This document shows positions 8,375-17,875 of a stretch of 64,000 nt of DNA, piece by piece. Within the stretch, counting starts at the first letter, position 1, and each line of letters opens with the position of its first letter. The notes under the pieces are model-generated. The model made no database searches. It saw nothing but the letters and a program-made list of their open reading frames with translations, and was not told the origin of the DNA. The position numbers were made by a program, and so were the translations under genes. Origin of the DNA: Alkalispirochaeta sp. (GTDB lineage: Bacteria; Spirochaetota; Spirochaetia; DSM-27196; Alkalispirochaetaceae); contig OZ271854.1 in assembly GCA_965601925.1 (NCBI GenBank), forward strand, positions 1,952,001 through 2,016,000, written 5' to 3'.

Positions 8375-10217
8375 CAAACTGTCTTGCGTCTATCTGTGCA
8401 TGCTGGTCTCGTTTGTAGTTTGGTCGAATGATCCAAGCGATGCGATCGTCAGGATCGCGGCGACAAGAAGCGGTCCCGACCTTATCGAGACCGGGACAGG
8501 TGTTTACATTTCTATACGTGGACATGTTCTAACTGCGTATCACGTCATTCAAGGCTCTAACAGCATCGTCGTGCTGGATTCGTTTTCCGAGACTCACAAC
8601 GACGTTGTCGTGGAGTATGTTGATCCTGCACATGATTTGGCAATTCTGCGAGTCAGAACCGCTCGTCGTGACTTTCCACATGTTGCGCTCGCCAATCACG
8701 TCCCGGGACCATCGGAGGACCTGTCATATTTTGGTTTCCCGAACGGCGGAGGTCTGGTGCAGTTGATGGGTCGAACAACGGCAGATAGCTATGTCCGGTC
8801 CACGAGTATTTGGGACCAGAGAGACGGTCAACCAATCCAGATTTTCCGGCAGGAAATTGACGTAATCGGTGTCGACGGTACGATTTATCCCGGCGTCAGC
8901 GGCGCGCCGCTAATCTCTGAACTGGGAGTTGTCGGTATAGTTGCAGGCAGCCTTAACAATGGCGGCGGCATAGGATGGGCAATTCCAGTAAAACACATTT
9001 CGAGTTGGCGCAACAACTCACGAAGAACTCTGGGAAGCTACAACCCAACGGCAGATCAGGTCCGAAATTGGCCACCTATGAGTCTTTTCGTTGAGGAGTA
9101 CGAGCGTTCAACAAGCCTTGGTTCAGAGGATACTACGCTTCTTGGCATTCTCCATCTCATAGATCAAGAGGTAGTCGTATTAGAAGAGGTGCTTTTTGAT
9201 TTAACTAGCAATTTCACAAATTTTCACGCGAGTTACCTTCTGTTTCAAGAACGGGTACGGCTTGCCGATGGCAACACAGATCTTCTGCTGCGAATCTATG
9301 CGGAAGATCATATGCACGAGTTGATAGGTCTTGGTGCGCGAATCCAAGCACAGATGACAGGCTTGAGTAGCTCCCTGTTGACATTAAGCCGGCAAACGCA
9401 AACAGCAGCGACGAGAATTGAGAGTCGTGATGCGATCGGAAGAGAACTTTGGTTGACTATGGCTATTCGACTACGACAACTTGAATCGGAGTGGGGGGAT
9501 ATTGATTGGCCGATGGTCGTGCCGCGAACCGACGCCGAGCAGTCAACACTACTGCAACTGATGAGCAGTCGACACATGATCGACACTGCACTTCTCGAGC
9601 TGGACTCTGGTTCCGTAACAGAAGCTATGCAGGCGACTCTGTCCGGGTTGGAAAGCATCAACATATTGGCAGAAGATTGGCTTGCAAAGCCTTGGTGGTC
9701 GATTGAGACAGTTCACTATTTTGAAGCGACATTAGATACATTGCGGCGAGGCGTCTACAGACCAAGGAGCGTAGAGGCAGTTGCCATCACGACCGGGGTC
9801 GCTCCGCCGATTGAAACACTATGTCAACGTGTTGATGCGATCAAGTACTATCTTTCGGAAAATCCCGATCATCTATTGGGGCGCCGGCTTCCCGAATTTG
9901 GCGAACGCCAGTTCGAGTCGACAATTTCGGTGCCAGGTACACTTATAAACACCGTTAACATGAACTTCACACCACCTTGGTTCTTGGCTGCACTAACCCA
10001 GACGACGAGTAGAAACACAATAGATCTTCGCTTCGACGAATGGCAGCGCTCAATTCGCTCGTGTGCTCCCGGTGCGCGCCGCTCGACAAACGAAGATAGT
10101 CCGTTTGTCAGCTCTGTCATGTACAGTGATGATCGTTTTGACCACATTCTTTCTAAAATGATTGCTCGTGACGATTCAAGCAGCCACAGAATACTGCTCA
10201 TTATTAGACCACGATAG
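8361..10217 (+). CDS. Secreted trypsin-like (S1) serine protease with a large uncharacterised C-terminal region
   Basis: Signal-like N-terminus; GTGVYI..LTAYHV (His), DLAIL (Asp), PGVSGAPL (Ser); helical region from about residue 265; SD GGAG before ATG 8361. Confidence 0.82.
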   Translation: MVINNKLSCVYLCMLVSFVVWSNDPSDAIVRIAATRSGPDLIETGTGVYISIRGHVLTAYHVIQGSNSIVVLDSFSETHNDVVVEYVDPAHDLAILRVRTARRDFPHVALANHVPGPSEDLSYFGFPNGGGLVQLMGRTTADSYVRSTSIWDQRDGQPIQIFRQEIDVIGVDGTIYPGVSGAPLISELGVVGIVAGSLNNGGGIGWAIPVKHISSWRNNSRRTLGSYNPTADQVRNWPPMSLFVEEYERSTSLGSEDTTLLGILHLIDQEVVVLEEVLFDLTSNFTNFHASYLLFQERVRLADGNTDLLLRIYAEDHMHELIGLGARIQAQMTGLSSSLLTLSRQTQTAATRIESRDAIGRELWLTMAIRLRQLESEWGDIDWPMVVPRTDAEQSTLLQLMSSRHMIDTALLELDSGSVTEAMQATLSGLESINILAEDWLAKPWWSIETVHYFEATLDTLRRGVYRPRSVEAVAITTGVAPPIETLCQRVDAIKYYLSENPDHLLGRRLPEFGERQFESTISVPGTLINTVNMNFTPPWFLAALTQTTSRNTIDLRFDEWQRSIRSCAPGARRSTNEDSPFVSSVMYSDDRFDHILSKMIARDDSSSHRILLIIRPR

Positions 10218-10296
10218 TGTGTCCGTTGATAGTACCAAGCGTCGTAGCGTGACCTATGGCTGCATTGGATTAGCCACTTACCTATTGAGTCGCTAA

Positions 10297-10445
10297 GACT
10301 AACTCCTATGGTAATAGTGACAAGCGCGACTTCAGGCCGGTTGCGAACCGCAGGGACGTAGTCCCGAGGACCGCAACCTCTTAGGCGTGCTGAGTGCTCG
10401 GAGTCGCCCCCTTCCCGCGATCTAATACAAACACGAGTATTCGAA
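10297..10445. repeat. Long nested imperfect palindrome, attC-like
   Basis: GGGAC-gta-GTCCC inside GGTTGCG/CGCAACC inside GCGACTT/GAGTCGC; degenerate outer arms; begins GACTAAC. Confidence 0.45.
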
Positions 10446-10455
10446 GATGCGTCGT

Positions 10456-11838
10456 TTATACCATTTTCGACGGGTCCAACAGCTCAGATACTTTCGCTGC
10501 CGGAAGGAGCCCGCTCTCCAACACCACGTCTCGAATCTTGCGCTTCTCGCGATACGCGGTATAGGCGAGCTTGGAAGCCTGGTCGTACCCGATCTCGGTG
10601 GCCAACGGCGTCACCAGCGCCAGCGACCACTCGATCCAGTACTCCAAACGTTCGCGGTCCGCTTCCAGTCCGGCTATCCCACGATCGGCGAGGACGCGGC
10701 ACGTGTTGGCCAAGATATCGATCGAGCTGAGCGTCTCCAACGCAATAAGCGGATTCATCATGTTGAGCTCCAAGGGACCGTTTTGTCCCGCGATTGTCAC
10801 GCTCACCGCCTTACCGTTGACATAGGCGGCGACCTGGATGACCATCTCCGGAATAACCGGGTTGACTTTGCCCGGCATGATGGAGCTTCCGGGTTGCAGG
10901 CTCGGCAGGACGATCTCGCCGAGGGCCCCCCTGGGGCCGCTCGCCAACAGGCGCAGATCGTTCGCGATCTTCATCAAGCTCGTGGCCAGAGTGTTGAGCG
11001 CTCCCATAAGCTCTACTTGGGCGTCGCGGCTCGCAATCGCCTCAAATTTGTTGGGAGCACTCCTGAACGGGAGCCCCGTGTCGGCCGCTATTCCCGCGGC
11101 CACCGCGTCGGGAAAGTCGGGATGGCAGTTGATGCCGGTGCCCAGGGCCGTCCCGCCGAGCGCCAGCTCCTCGAGGTTGGCGAGGGTGTTCCGTATTCTG
11201 CCGTGCGCCTTCTCGATCTGGACCGCGTAGCCGGAGAACTCTTGGCCGAGGGTCATCGGCACGGCGTCCTGGAGGTGTGTCCTCCCCAGCTTTACGATTT
11301 CGCCGAACGCCCTCTCCTTGTCACGAAGCGCGTGCGCCAGATGGTCTACCGCGGCGAGGAGCGTTTCGGCCTCGACACGATTTGCGATGTGGATCGCCGT
11401 GGGGATCACGTCGTTGGACGACTGTCCCCGGTTGACGTGGTCGTTGGGGTGAACGGGACTGCGCGTACCGCGGTCCTGACCGAGTATCTCGTTGGCGCGG
11501 TTTGCGATGAGTTCGTTCGTATTCATGTTCCAACTCGTCCCGCTTCCGGTCTGAAAGACGTCGATCGGATAGTGGTCGTCCCACGTGCCGTCATATACCT
11601 CGGCGGCGGCGCGCTGAATTGAATCGGACAGCGTTGCGTCGATGAGGCCGAGATCGCCGTTGACCTTCGCGGCGTTCTTTTTGATGAGGGCGAGGGCGCG
11701 AATCATCGCTGTGGGAATCCGCATGGGACTGACTCCGAAGTTCTCGACGGCACGTTGCGTCTGTGCGCCCCAGTACGCCCACTCGGGGATCGTCACTTGG
11801 CCCATCGAATCCGACTCGTATCGCACCTGTTGGCTCAT
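10456..11838 (-). CDS. fumC: Fumarate hydratase class II
   Basis: WGAQTQR, QTGSGTSWNMN, GRTHLQDA, GSSIMPGKVNP. Confidence 0.96.
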   Translation of the reverse strand: MSQQVRYESDSMGQVTIPEWAYWGAQTQRAVENFGVSPMRIPTAMIRALALIKKNAAKVNGDLGLIDATLSDSIQRAAAEVYDGTWDDHYPIDVFQTGSGTSWNMNTNELIANRANEILGQDRGTRSPVHPNDHVNRGQSSNDVIPTAIHIANRVEAETLLAAVDHLAHALRDKERAFGEIVKLGRTHLQDAVPMTLGQEFSGYAVQIEKAHGRIRNTLANLEELALGGTALGTGINCHPDFPDAVAAGIAADTGLPFRSAPNKFEAIASRDAQVELMGALNTLATSLMKIANDLRLLASGPRGALGEIVLPSLQPGSSIMPGKVNPVIPEMVIQVAAYVNGKAVSVTIAGQNGPLELNMMNPLIALETLSSIDILANTCRVLADRGIAGLEADRERLEYWIEWSLALVTPLATEIGYDQASKLAYTAYREKRKIRDVVLESGLLPAAKVSELLDPSKMV

Positions 11839-11933
11839 GGCTGATTGTTCTCCTTCAGGAAAAATCGTCGATCGACCCCTTTCCGGTTTCGAAAGAGCGT
11901 TCGTATATTACGAAATACTAACGGGAGAACTGA

Positions 11934-12845
11934 ATGGCAAACATCGCGATCATCGGCGCCGGAAACGTCGGCGCAAATACCGCCTTCTTCATCGCCGAAC
12001 GAAACATCGGGAGCGTCGTCATGTACGATGTGGCCGACGGCCTTGCCCACGGCAAGGCGTTGGATATGATGGAGGCCGCCCCTATCCGGGGTTACCAGTA
12101 CGCCATACACGGCACCGACTCCTACGAAGAGGTGCTTGAGACATCGGTCGCCATCCTCGCCGCGGGACAGGTGAGAGAGAGCGGCATGAAGCGCGCCGAT
12201 CTCTTTGCGCGCAACGCCGAGATCGTCGACGACGTGGCGTCCAAGCTTACCGACTATGCCGGGACCGTCGTCATCGCTACAGAGCCGGTCGACCTGATGG
12301 TCATGCGGTTTCAGCAAAAATCGGGCCTTGACCCTCGCCGCATCCTTGGTCTCGGCGGCGTACTCGACAGTACGCGACTGCGTTACGCCATCAGCCGCAC
12401 GCTCGGTGTCACGACCGAAAACGTCTCGGCGACGGTAATTGGGCGCCATTCCAACGATATGATGCCGCTACTCGACTACTGCCGTGTCTCCGGCGTGCCG
12501 CTCGGCGTGTTGATGGAACAGGCGGATCTCGAGCAGATCGTCGAGGAGACGCGGAACGCCGGCGATATCATCGTGGAGATGTCGCAGCGCTCCTCGAGTT
12601 ACTACGGCCCGTCGGCAGCCGCCGCGGATGTGACGCAGGCGCTTTTGTGGGACACCAAACGCGTGTTACCCGTCTCTTTCATATGGGACGGCCAGTACGG
12701 CATCGACGGCGTCGCAATGAGTTTACCGGCCGTCCTGGGCCACGCGGGTATCGAGCGCGTACTTGAACCCAAGCTCACCGACGATCAGGTGACCGCCCTT
12801 CGGGCGTCGGCTGACGAGATAACGGCCAGTTTCGCCACAACGTAG
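11934..12845 (+). CDS. Divergent LDH-like malate dehydrogenase paralogue
   Basis: GAGNVG, GKALDM, LDSTR; but TEPVD replaces SNPLD and GRHS replaces GxHG. Confidence 0.8.
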   Translation: MANIAIIGAGNVGANTAFFIAERNIGSVVMYDVADGLAHGKALDMMEAAPIRGYQYAIHGTDSYEEVLETSVAILAAGQVRESGMKRADLFARNAEIVDDVASKLTDYAGTVVIATEPVDLMVMRFQQKSGLDPRRILGLGGVLDSTRLRYAISRTLGVTTENVSATVIGRHSNDMMPLLDYCRVSGVPLGVLMEQADLEQIVEETRNAGDIIVEMSQRSSSYYGPSAAAADVTQALLWDTKRVLPVSFIWDGQYGIDGVAMSLPAVLGHAGIERVLEPKLTDDQVTALRASADEITASFATT

Positions 12846-12856
12846 GGGAGAGAAGC

Positions 12857-13795
12857 ATGAGCAAAGTATCGGTCATCGGTGCGGGCAACGTCGGTGCGAC
12901 CGCCGTGTACTATATCGCAGAGAAGAACATCGCGGATATCGTAATGGTGGACGTCGTTCCCGGCATGCCCCAGAGCAAGGCGCACGACTTCATGCACGCC
13001 GCTCCGTCGCGTAACTACAACGTGACGATTGTTGGATCCAACGATTACAAGGCGATTAGGGACAGCGACGTCGTCGTCATGACCGCCGGAATCGCCCGCA
13101 AGCCGGGAATGGATCGGATGGATCTCCTCAAGACCAACGTCAATATCGCCAAGCAGGCTGCGCAGGCGATCGCAACCTATGCTCCCAACGCGTTGGTTAT
13201 CGCGGTGAGCAATCCCCTCGACGTTATCGCCATGGTGTGCCTGAGAGAGAGTGGATTTGCGTTGAAGCGGGTAGTCGGCATGGCCGGTATACTCGATTCG
13301 ACGAGGTTTCGTTATTTTATAGCGGAAAGGCTGGGCGTTCTGCCGCAGGATGTCATGGCGATGGTGCTCGGCGGGCACGGTGATTCCATGGTGCCTATCC
13401 CTCGGTACACCTCGGTGGCCGGGTTTCCCCTCACCGAGCTCTTGGACGAGGTGACGATCGAGCAGCTGGTGGACCGGACCCGCAAGGGAGGCGCCGAGAT
13501 CGTCGCATATCTTAAGAGGGGGAGTGCCTACTACGCACCGGCGGCGAGCGTCGCCAAGATGGTAGAGGCGATGATCAAGAACGAAAAACGGTTCGTTGCG
13601 GCGAGCGCGTACTTGCGCGGCGAATACGGCCATCGAGATATGTTTCTCGGTGTCCCCGTGCTGTTGGGTCGCAACGGCGTAGAGAAGATCTACGAGCTCG
13701 ATCTGACGAGCGGGGAGAAAGCCGCCCTCGATCGGTCAGCAGAGGCCGTCGCCGGCGGTGTCAAAACGTTGGAAGCGATCTATACGCCCGGTTAA
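12857..13795 (+). CDS. mdh: Malate dehydrogenase (LDH-like)
   Basis: GAGNVG, AGIARKPGMDRMDL, SNPLD, LDSTR, GGHGD. Confidence 0.95.
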   Translation: MSKVSVIGAGNVGATAVYYIAEKNIADIVMVDVVPGMPQSKAHDFMHAAPSRNYNVTIVGSNDYKAIRDSDVVVMTAGIARKPGMDRMDLLKTNVNIAKQAAQAIATYAPNALVIAVSNPLDVIAMVCLRESGFALKRVVGMAGILDSTRFRYFIAERLGVLPQDVMAMVLGGHGDSMVPIPRYTSVAGFPLTELLDEVTIEQLVDRTRKGGAEIVAYLKRGSAYYAPAASVAKMVEAMIKNEKRFVAASAYLRGEYGHRDMFLGVPVLLGRNGVEKIYELDLTSGEKAALDRSAEAVAGGVKTLEAIYTPG

Positions 13796-13840
13796 GGAGT
13801 TTCCTTAAGGCGGGCGGTATGGTGACCTCCGTGGTGTGGT

Positions 13841-13875
13841 GCCGGCCTACATCGTTGATGTAGGCCGGTTTTTTT
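13841..13875 (+). terminator. Intrinsic terminator after mdh
   Basis: GCCGGCCTACATC-gtt-GATGTAGGCCGGT followed by a T tract. Confidence 0.88.
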
Positions 13876-14045
13876 GTGCGCCGCCGATCGTGCGTCCGCG
13901 GCGCTGCGCGTCGCGCACCGCTCCGCGCTGCATCGAAATCGACCGGCCGACCGGACGATATTTCACCGTAGTGAGATTTACGCATCCCGCACCACACCGA
14001 AGCGCCCCATGTCTCGGAATTGCCGAGACAACCGACCCATCCGAG

Positions 14046-14225
14046 TTGCTAACTCAAAAGACGGGCTATTATATTGGGAGAGTACTAAAGTAGGGATTCA
14101 ACCATTCGCTCCGTCACCGCGAGGACACTCGCGGGCGACAAGAGGTGTCTTCACCATACAGAGGCACCATCTTCGTCCAGGCAGGTCGATGCGCCCTACG
14201 AATATCGCTGTGTCGGAGGAAAACG
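14046..14225 (+). promoter_or_regulatory. Promoter and ~145-nt structured 5' leader of sdhA-sdhB-sucC-sucD
   Basis: TTGCTA, 18 nt, TATATT; leader has two hairpins closed by GTAGGG/CCCTAC; SD GGAGGA then TTG start. Confidence 0.5.
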
Positions 14226-15956
14226 TTGGTACATGAATTTGATGCAGTTATCGTTGGCGCCGGAGGCGCCGGGCTCTACGCAGCGCTTGAGGCAAGCAAG
14301 ACTGCGAGAACTGCGGTAATTAGTAAGCTGTATCCGCAGCGCAGTCATACCGGGGCGGCGCAGGGGGGAATCGGCGCCGCCTTGGGGAACGTGGAGGAGG
14401 ACAGTCCGGAGTGGCACGCCTTCGATACGGTGAAGGGCGGCGACTATCTCGTCGACCAGCGAGCGGCGAAGATTTTGGCGGAGGATGCGGTGAGGGCCGT
14501 CTACGACCTGGAGCACCGCGGGCTCCCCTTCAGCCGACTGGAGAACGGCAAAATCGCCCAGCGCCGTTTCGGCGGACACACGCACCACTTCGGAGAGGGT
14601 GCTGTTCACCGCTCCTGCTATGCCGCCGACCGCACGGGTCACATGATACTGCAGACCCTTTACCAGCAGTGCGTCAAAAACGACGTGCGATTCTTCGATG
14701 AGTTTCAGGTGGTCGATCTGTTGTTGGACGGAACGACGGTCAAGGGAATCGTCACCTTCGAGCTCAAGACCGGCGAGATCCACGTGTTTCGGGCCAAGGC
14801 GGTACTCTTCGCCACCGGCGGCTTCGGACGCATGTTCAAAATCACATCCAACGCCTTGGCCAACACCGGCGACGGACCGGCGATCATCGCGCGGGCCGGG
14901 ATACCGCTGGAGGACATGGAGTTCTTCCAGTTCCACCCGACCGGTATCCTCGGTATGGGCATCCTCATCACCGAGGGGGTTCGCGGTGAGGGCGGTATTC
15001 TCAAGAATCGCGACGGTGAGCGCTTCATGGAGCGGTATGCGCCGACGCTTCTCGATCTGGCCCCGCGGGACATGGTGAGCCGCGCGATCATGACCGAAGT
15101 GGCGGCCGGCCGCGGCGTGCGCGGCGATAAGAAGATCGACGATTACGTCTGGCTCGATGCGAGTCATCTCGGGCGAGAGACGGTGGAAAAGAAAATTCCC
15201 GACATCGCCGATTTCTGCCGCACCTATCTCGGCGTAGACCCCGCCGAGAAACCGATGCCCGTGCAGCCGACCGCTCACTACGCGATGGGCGGTATTCCGA
15301 CCGACGTCGACGGCAGAGTCGATACCGGCAAAGCGGTATATGACGGTCTCTATGCGGCGGGCGAGGCCGCGTGCGTCTCGGTGCACGGAGCCAATAGACT
15401 CGGAACCAACAGCTTGGTCGATTTGATCGTGTACGGCCGACGCGCCGGCATGCACATCGCCGAGTACGTCAAAAACGCACCCTCGCTTCCCGCAGGTCAG
15501 GCCGACGCCGATCGCGCCCGTGCTCGTATCGACGCACTTCGCAACCGCAAAGGTGGCCGCCACGTCGGTCCAATCATGCATCGGATGCAGGAGGTCATGA
15601 TGGAGAAAGTCGGCGTCTACCGTACGCAGGAGGCGATGGACAAAGCGGTGGAAGAGATCCGCGGCCTCCGCGAAGACTTCAAGGAGATAGCGGTTCAGGA
15701 TACCGGTGCGGGATTCAACGCCGAGGTTCTGCAGATCATGGAGCTGGAGAACCTACTGGATCTCTCCCTGGTAACTGCGGCCGGGGCGGCGAATCGAACG
15801 GAGAGCCGGGGAGCCCACGCCCGTGAGGATTATCCGGAGCGGGACGACGATGATTGGCTCAAGCATACGATGGCGACGCTCGACGGCGACCGGGTCGATA
15901 TCGACTACAAGAGTGTTGACGTGAGTATCTGGGAACCGAAACCGCGAACGTATTAA
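14226..15956 (+). CDS. sdhA: Succinate dehydrogenase/fumarate reductase flavoprotein
   Basis: [17 protein letters not shown] (covalent FAD His), QFHPTG, HYAMGG, HGANRLG; start moved to TTG 14226. Confidence 0.95.
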   Translation: MVHEFDAVIVGAGGAGLYAALEASKTARTAVISKLYPQRSHTGAAQGGIGAALGNVEEDSPEWHAFDTVKGGDYLVDQRAAKILAEDAVRAVYDLEHRGLPFSRLENGKIAQRRFGGHTHHFGEGAVHRSCYAADRTGHMILQTLYQQCVKNDVRFFDEFQVVDLLLDGTTVKGIVTFELKTGEIHVFRAKAVLFATGGFGRMFKITSNALANTGDGPAIIARAGIPLEDMEFFQFHPTGILGMGILITEGVRGEGGILKNRDGERFMERYAPTLLDLAPRDMVSRAIMTEVAAGRGVRGDKKIDDYVWLDASHLGRETVEKKIPDIADFCRTYLGVDPAEKPMPVQPTAHYAMGGIPTDVDGRVDTGKAVYDGLYAAGEAACVSVHGANRLGTNSLVDLIVYGRRAGMHIAEYVKNAPSLPAGQADADRARARIDALRNRKGGRHVGPIMHRMQEVMMEKVGVYRTQEAMDKAVEEIRGLREDFKEIAVQDTGAGFNAEVLQIMELENLLDLSLVTAAGAANRTESRGAHAREDYPERDDDDWLKHTMATLDGDRVDIDYKSVDVSIWEPKPRTY

Positions 15957-15972
15957 TGAGGAGCTTTGTTGT

Positions 15973-16719
15973 ATGAACGTGACACTTACGATTCAACGCT
16001 TTAATCCCGAGAGCGATGCGGAGCCGTACGTCAAGGACTACCGCGTAGAGGTAGAGCCGACGCACCGCGTCCTCGATGCGCTTATGGATATCACGCAGAA
16101 TCAAGACGGTACGTTAGGTTACCGGCGCAGTTGCGCCCATGGCGTGTGCGGTAGCGACGCGATGCGGATCAACGGGAAAGAGAAGCTGGCGTGTAAGACG
16201 CTTTTTCAGGATCTGGACGTTACCGACGGCGGTACCGTTACGATTCAAGCGCTACGCCATCTCGACGTGCAGAAGGATTTGATGGTCGATCAGGCGCCCT
16301 TTTTCGAGAAGTTCCGTAGCGTAAAGCCGTATTTCGTCCCCAAGGCGGCGGAACCGGCGTCGGGAGAATACCTACAGTCCCAGGAAGAGCGTGCGCTCTT
16401 CGACGAGGCGACGAAGTGCATCAACTGCGCCGCCTGTTACTCCGCCTGTCCGATCCTCGATACGAATCCCAAGTTTTTGGGCCCCCAGGCGATCGTCAAC
16501 GCGGCCCGGTTTATCTACGACAGCCGCGACGCCGGGCTCGAGGCGCGTATCGACGTACTGGATACCAAAGACGGTATCTGGCCGTGCGAGAGTCACTTCG
16601 AGTGCACTCGCGTCTGCCCCCGTGATATCAAAATCACCAAGTTGATCAACCTCACCAAGCGCCAGATCAAGAAGTATCGCGAGGCGCGCGGCGAGGCGAC
16701 CGCGGAAGAAAAGGCGTAA
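15973..16719 (+). CDS. sdhB: Succinate dehydrogenase iron-sulfur subunit
   Basis: SCAHGVCGSD..C, CINCAACYSACP, CESHFECTRVCP. Confidence 0.95.
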   Translation: MNVTLTIQRFNPESDAEPYVKDYRVEVEPTHRVLDALMDITQNQDGTLGYRRSCAHGVCGSDAMRINGKEKLACKTLFQDLDVTDGGTVTIQALRHLDVQKDLMVDQAPFFEKFRSVKPYFVPKAAEPASGEYLQSQEERALFDEATKCINCAACYSACPILDTNPKFLGPQAIVNAARFIYDSRDAGLEARIDVLDTKDGIWPCESHFECTRVCPRDIKITKLINLTKRQIKKYREARGEATAEEKA

Positions 16720-16725
16720 TACACC

Positions 16726-17850
16726 ATGAAGATTCACGAGTATCAGGCGAAAGAGACGTTCGTATCGTTCGGAATCCCGGTCCAGGACCAGGAAGTGATT
16801 ACCAACGCGGAAGACGCCGGAGGCGCGACCGAGCGTATGGGCGGCTTCGTCGTCATAAAGGCGCAAGTCCTCGTCGGCGGACGCGGTAAGGCCGGCGGCG
16901 TCAAGCTCGCCAAAAGTGCCGATGAGGCGGTCGAGAAGGCGCGCGCCATTCTCGGTATGGACATAAAAGGCGAGACGGTCGAGAAGGTGCTTGTCGCGCC
17001 GGCCGCCGACATCCTCAAAGAGTATTACGTCGGCCTTATCATGGATCGCGGTTCCAAAAGAATCGTGTTAATGGTGACCAAAGAGGGTGGTGTCGACATC
17101 GAGGAGTTGGCCGTCACCGATCCGGACAAGATTCTGAAGTTTCCCATCGATATCGCGACCGGCATCGATGAGGACGGGCTCGTGGAGGTTCTGACCGACG
17201 TGTTCGAGAAACCGATGCTCATCGAGCAGGCGATCGACACGGTCAAGAAGCTCTACACGCTCTTTGTCGAGACCGACGCCTCGTTGGTAGAGATCAACCC
17301 GTACGCACTGGTCGATGAGACGACGCTCATGGCGTTGGACGCCAAGATTAACTTCGACGATAACGCACTCTATAAGCATCCCACCGTCGAGGCGATGAAG
17401 AACCCGGAAGAGTACAGCCAAGACGAGATCGACGCGAAAGAGTTCGGCTTGAGCTTCGTGAGCATGGACGGCGATATCGGATGTATCGTCAACGGAGCGG
17501 GCCTGGCGATGGCGACGATGGATATCGTGAAGCTGTACGGCGGACAGCCGGCTAACTTTCTGGACGTCGGCGGGTCTTCCAACCCCGAGAAGGTGCTCAA
17601 CGCAATTAAAATCATCCTGCGGAATCCGAAGATCCGAGCGATCCTGATCAACATCTTCGGGGGTATCACCCGTTGCGACGACATCGCAAAGGGCATCATC
17701 ATGGCGACCGACCAGATCGACATCAAAGTGCCGCTGGTGATCCGGCTCGTCGGGACCAACCAGGAAGAGGGGCGCGCCATGCTGGAGGAGAAAGGATTCT
17801 CCGTCGCCGACGACCTCAGCAGCGCCGTCCAAAAAGTCGTCGCCTCGTAG
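16726..17850 (+). CDS. sucC: Succinyl-CoA synthetase beta subunit
   Basis: [38 protein letters not shown]. Confidence 0.97.
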   Translation: MKIHEYQAKETFVSFGIPVQDQEVITNAEDAGGATERMGGFVVIKAQVLVGGRGKAGGVKLAKSADEAVEKARAILGMDIKGETVEKVLVAPAADILKEYYVGLIMDRGSKRIVLMVTKEGGVDIEELAVTDPDKILKFPIDIATGIDEDGLVEVLTDVFEKPMLIEQAIDTVKKLYTLFVETDASLVEINPYALVDETTLMALDAKINFDDNALYKHPTVEAMKNPEEYSQDEIDAKEFGLSFVSMDGDIGCIVNGAGLAMATMDIVKLYGGQPANFLDVGGSSNPEKVLNAIKIILRNPKIRAILINIFGGITRCDDIAKGIIMATDQIDIKVPLVIRLVGTNQEEGRAMLEEKGFSVADDLSSAVQKVVAS

Positions 17851-17875
17851 GGCGGAGCATCGCAAGGGAGCTACA

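Larger units (their letters stand above)
7804..10455. mobile_element. Putative horizontally acquired islet (two genes plus attC-like hairpin); no mobility gene
   Basis: Lower GC (sample line 9121-9180 is 26/60 GC; flank line 7081-7140 is 45/60), genes on the opposite strand to both flanks, direct repeat GATGCGTCGT at 7804-7813 and 10446-10455. Confidence 0.55.

Noticed and set aside
13836..14236. Short ORFs upstream of sdhA considered as sdhC/sdhD
   Set aside because: Arg/Pro-rich, no transmembrane segments, and they overlap a terminator and promoter.
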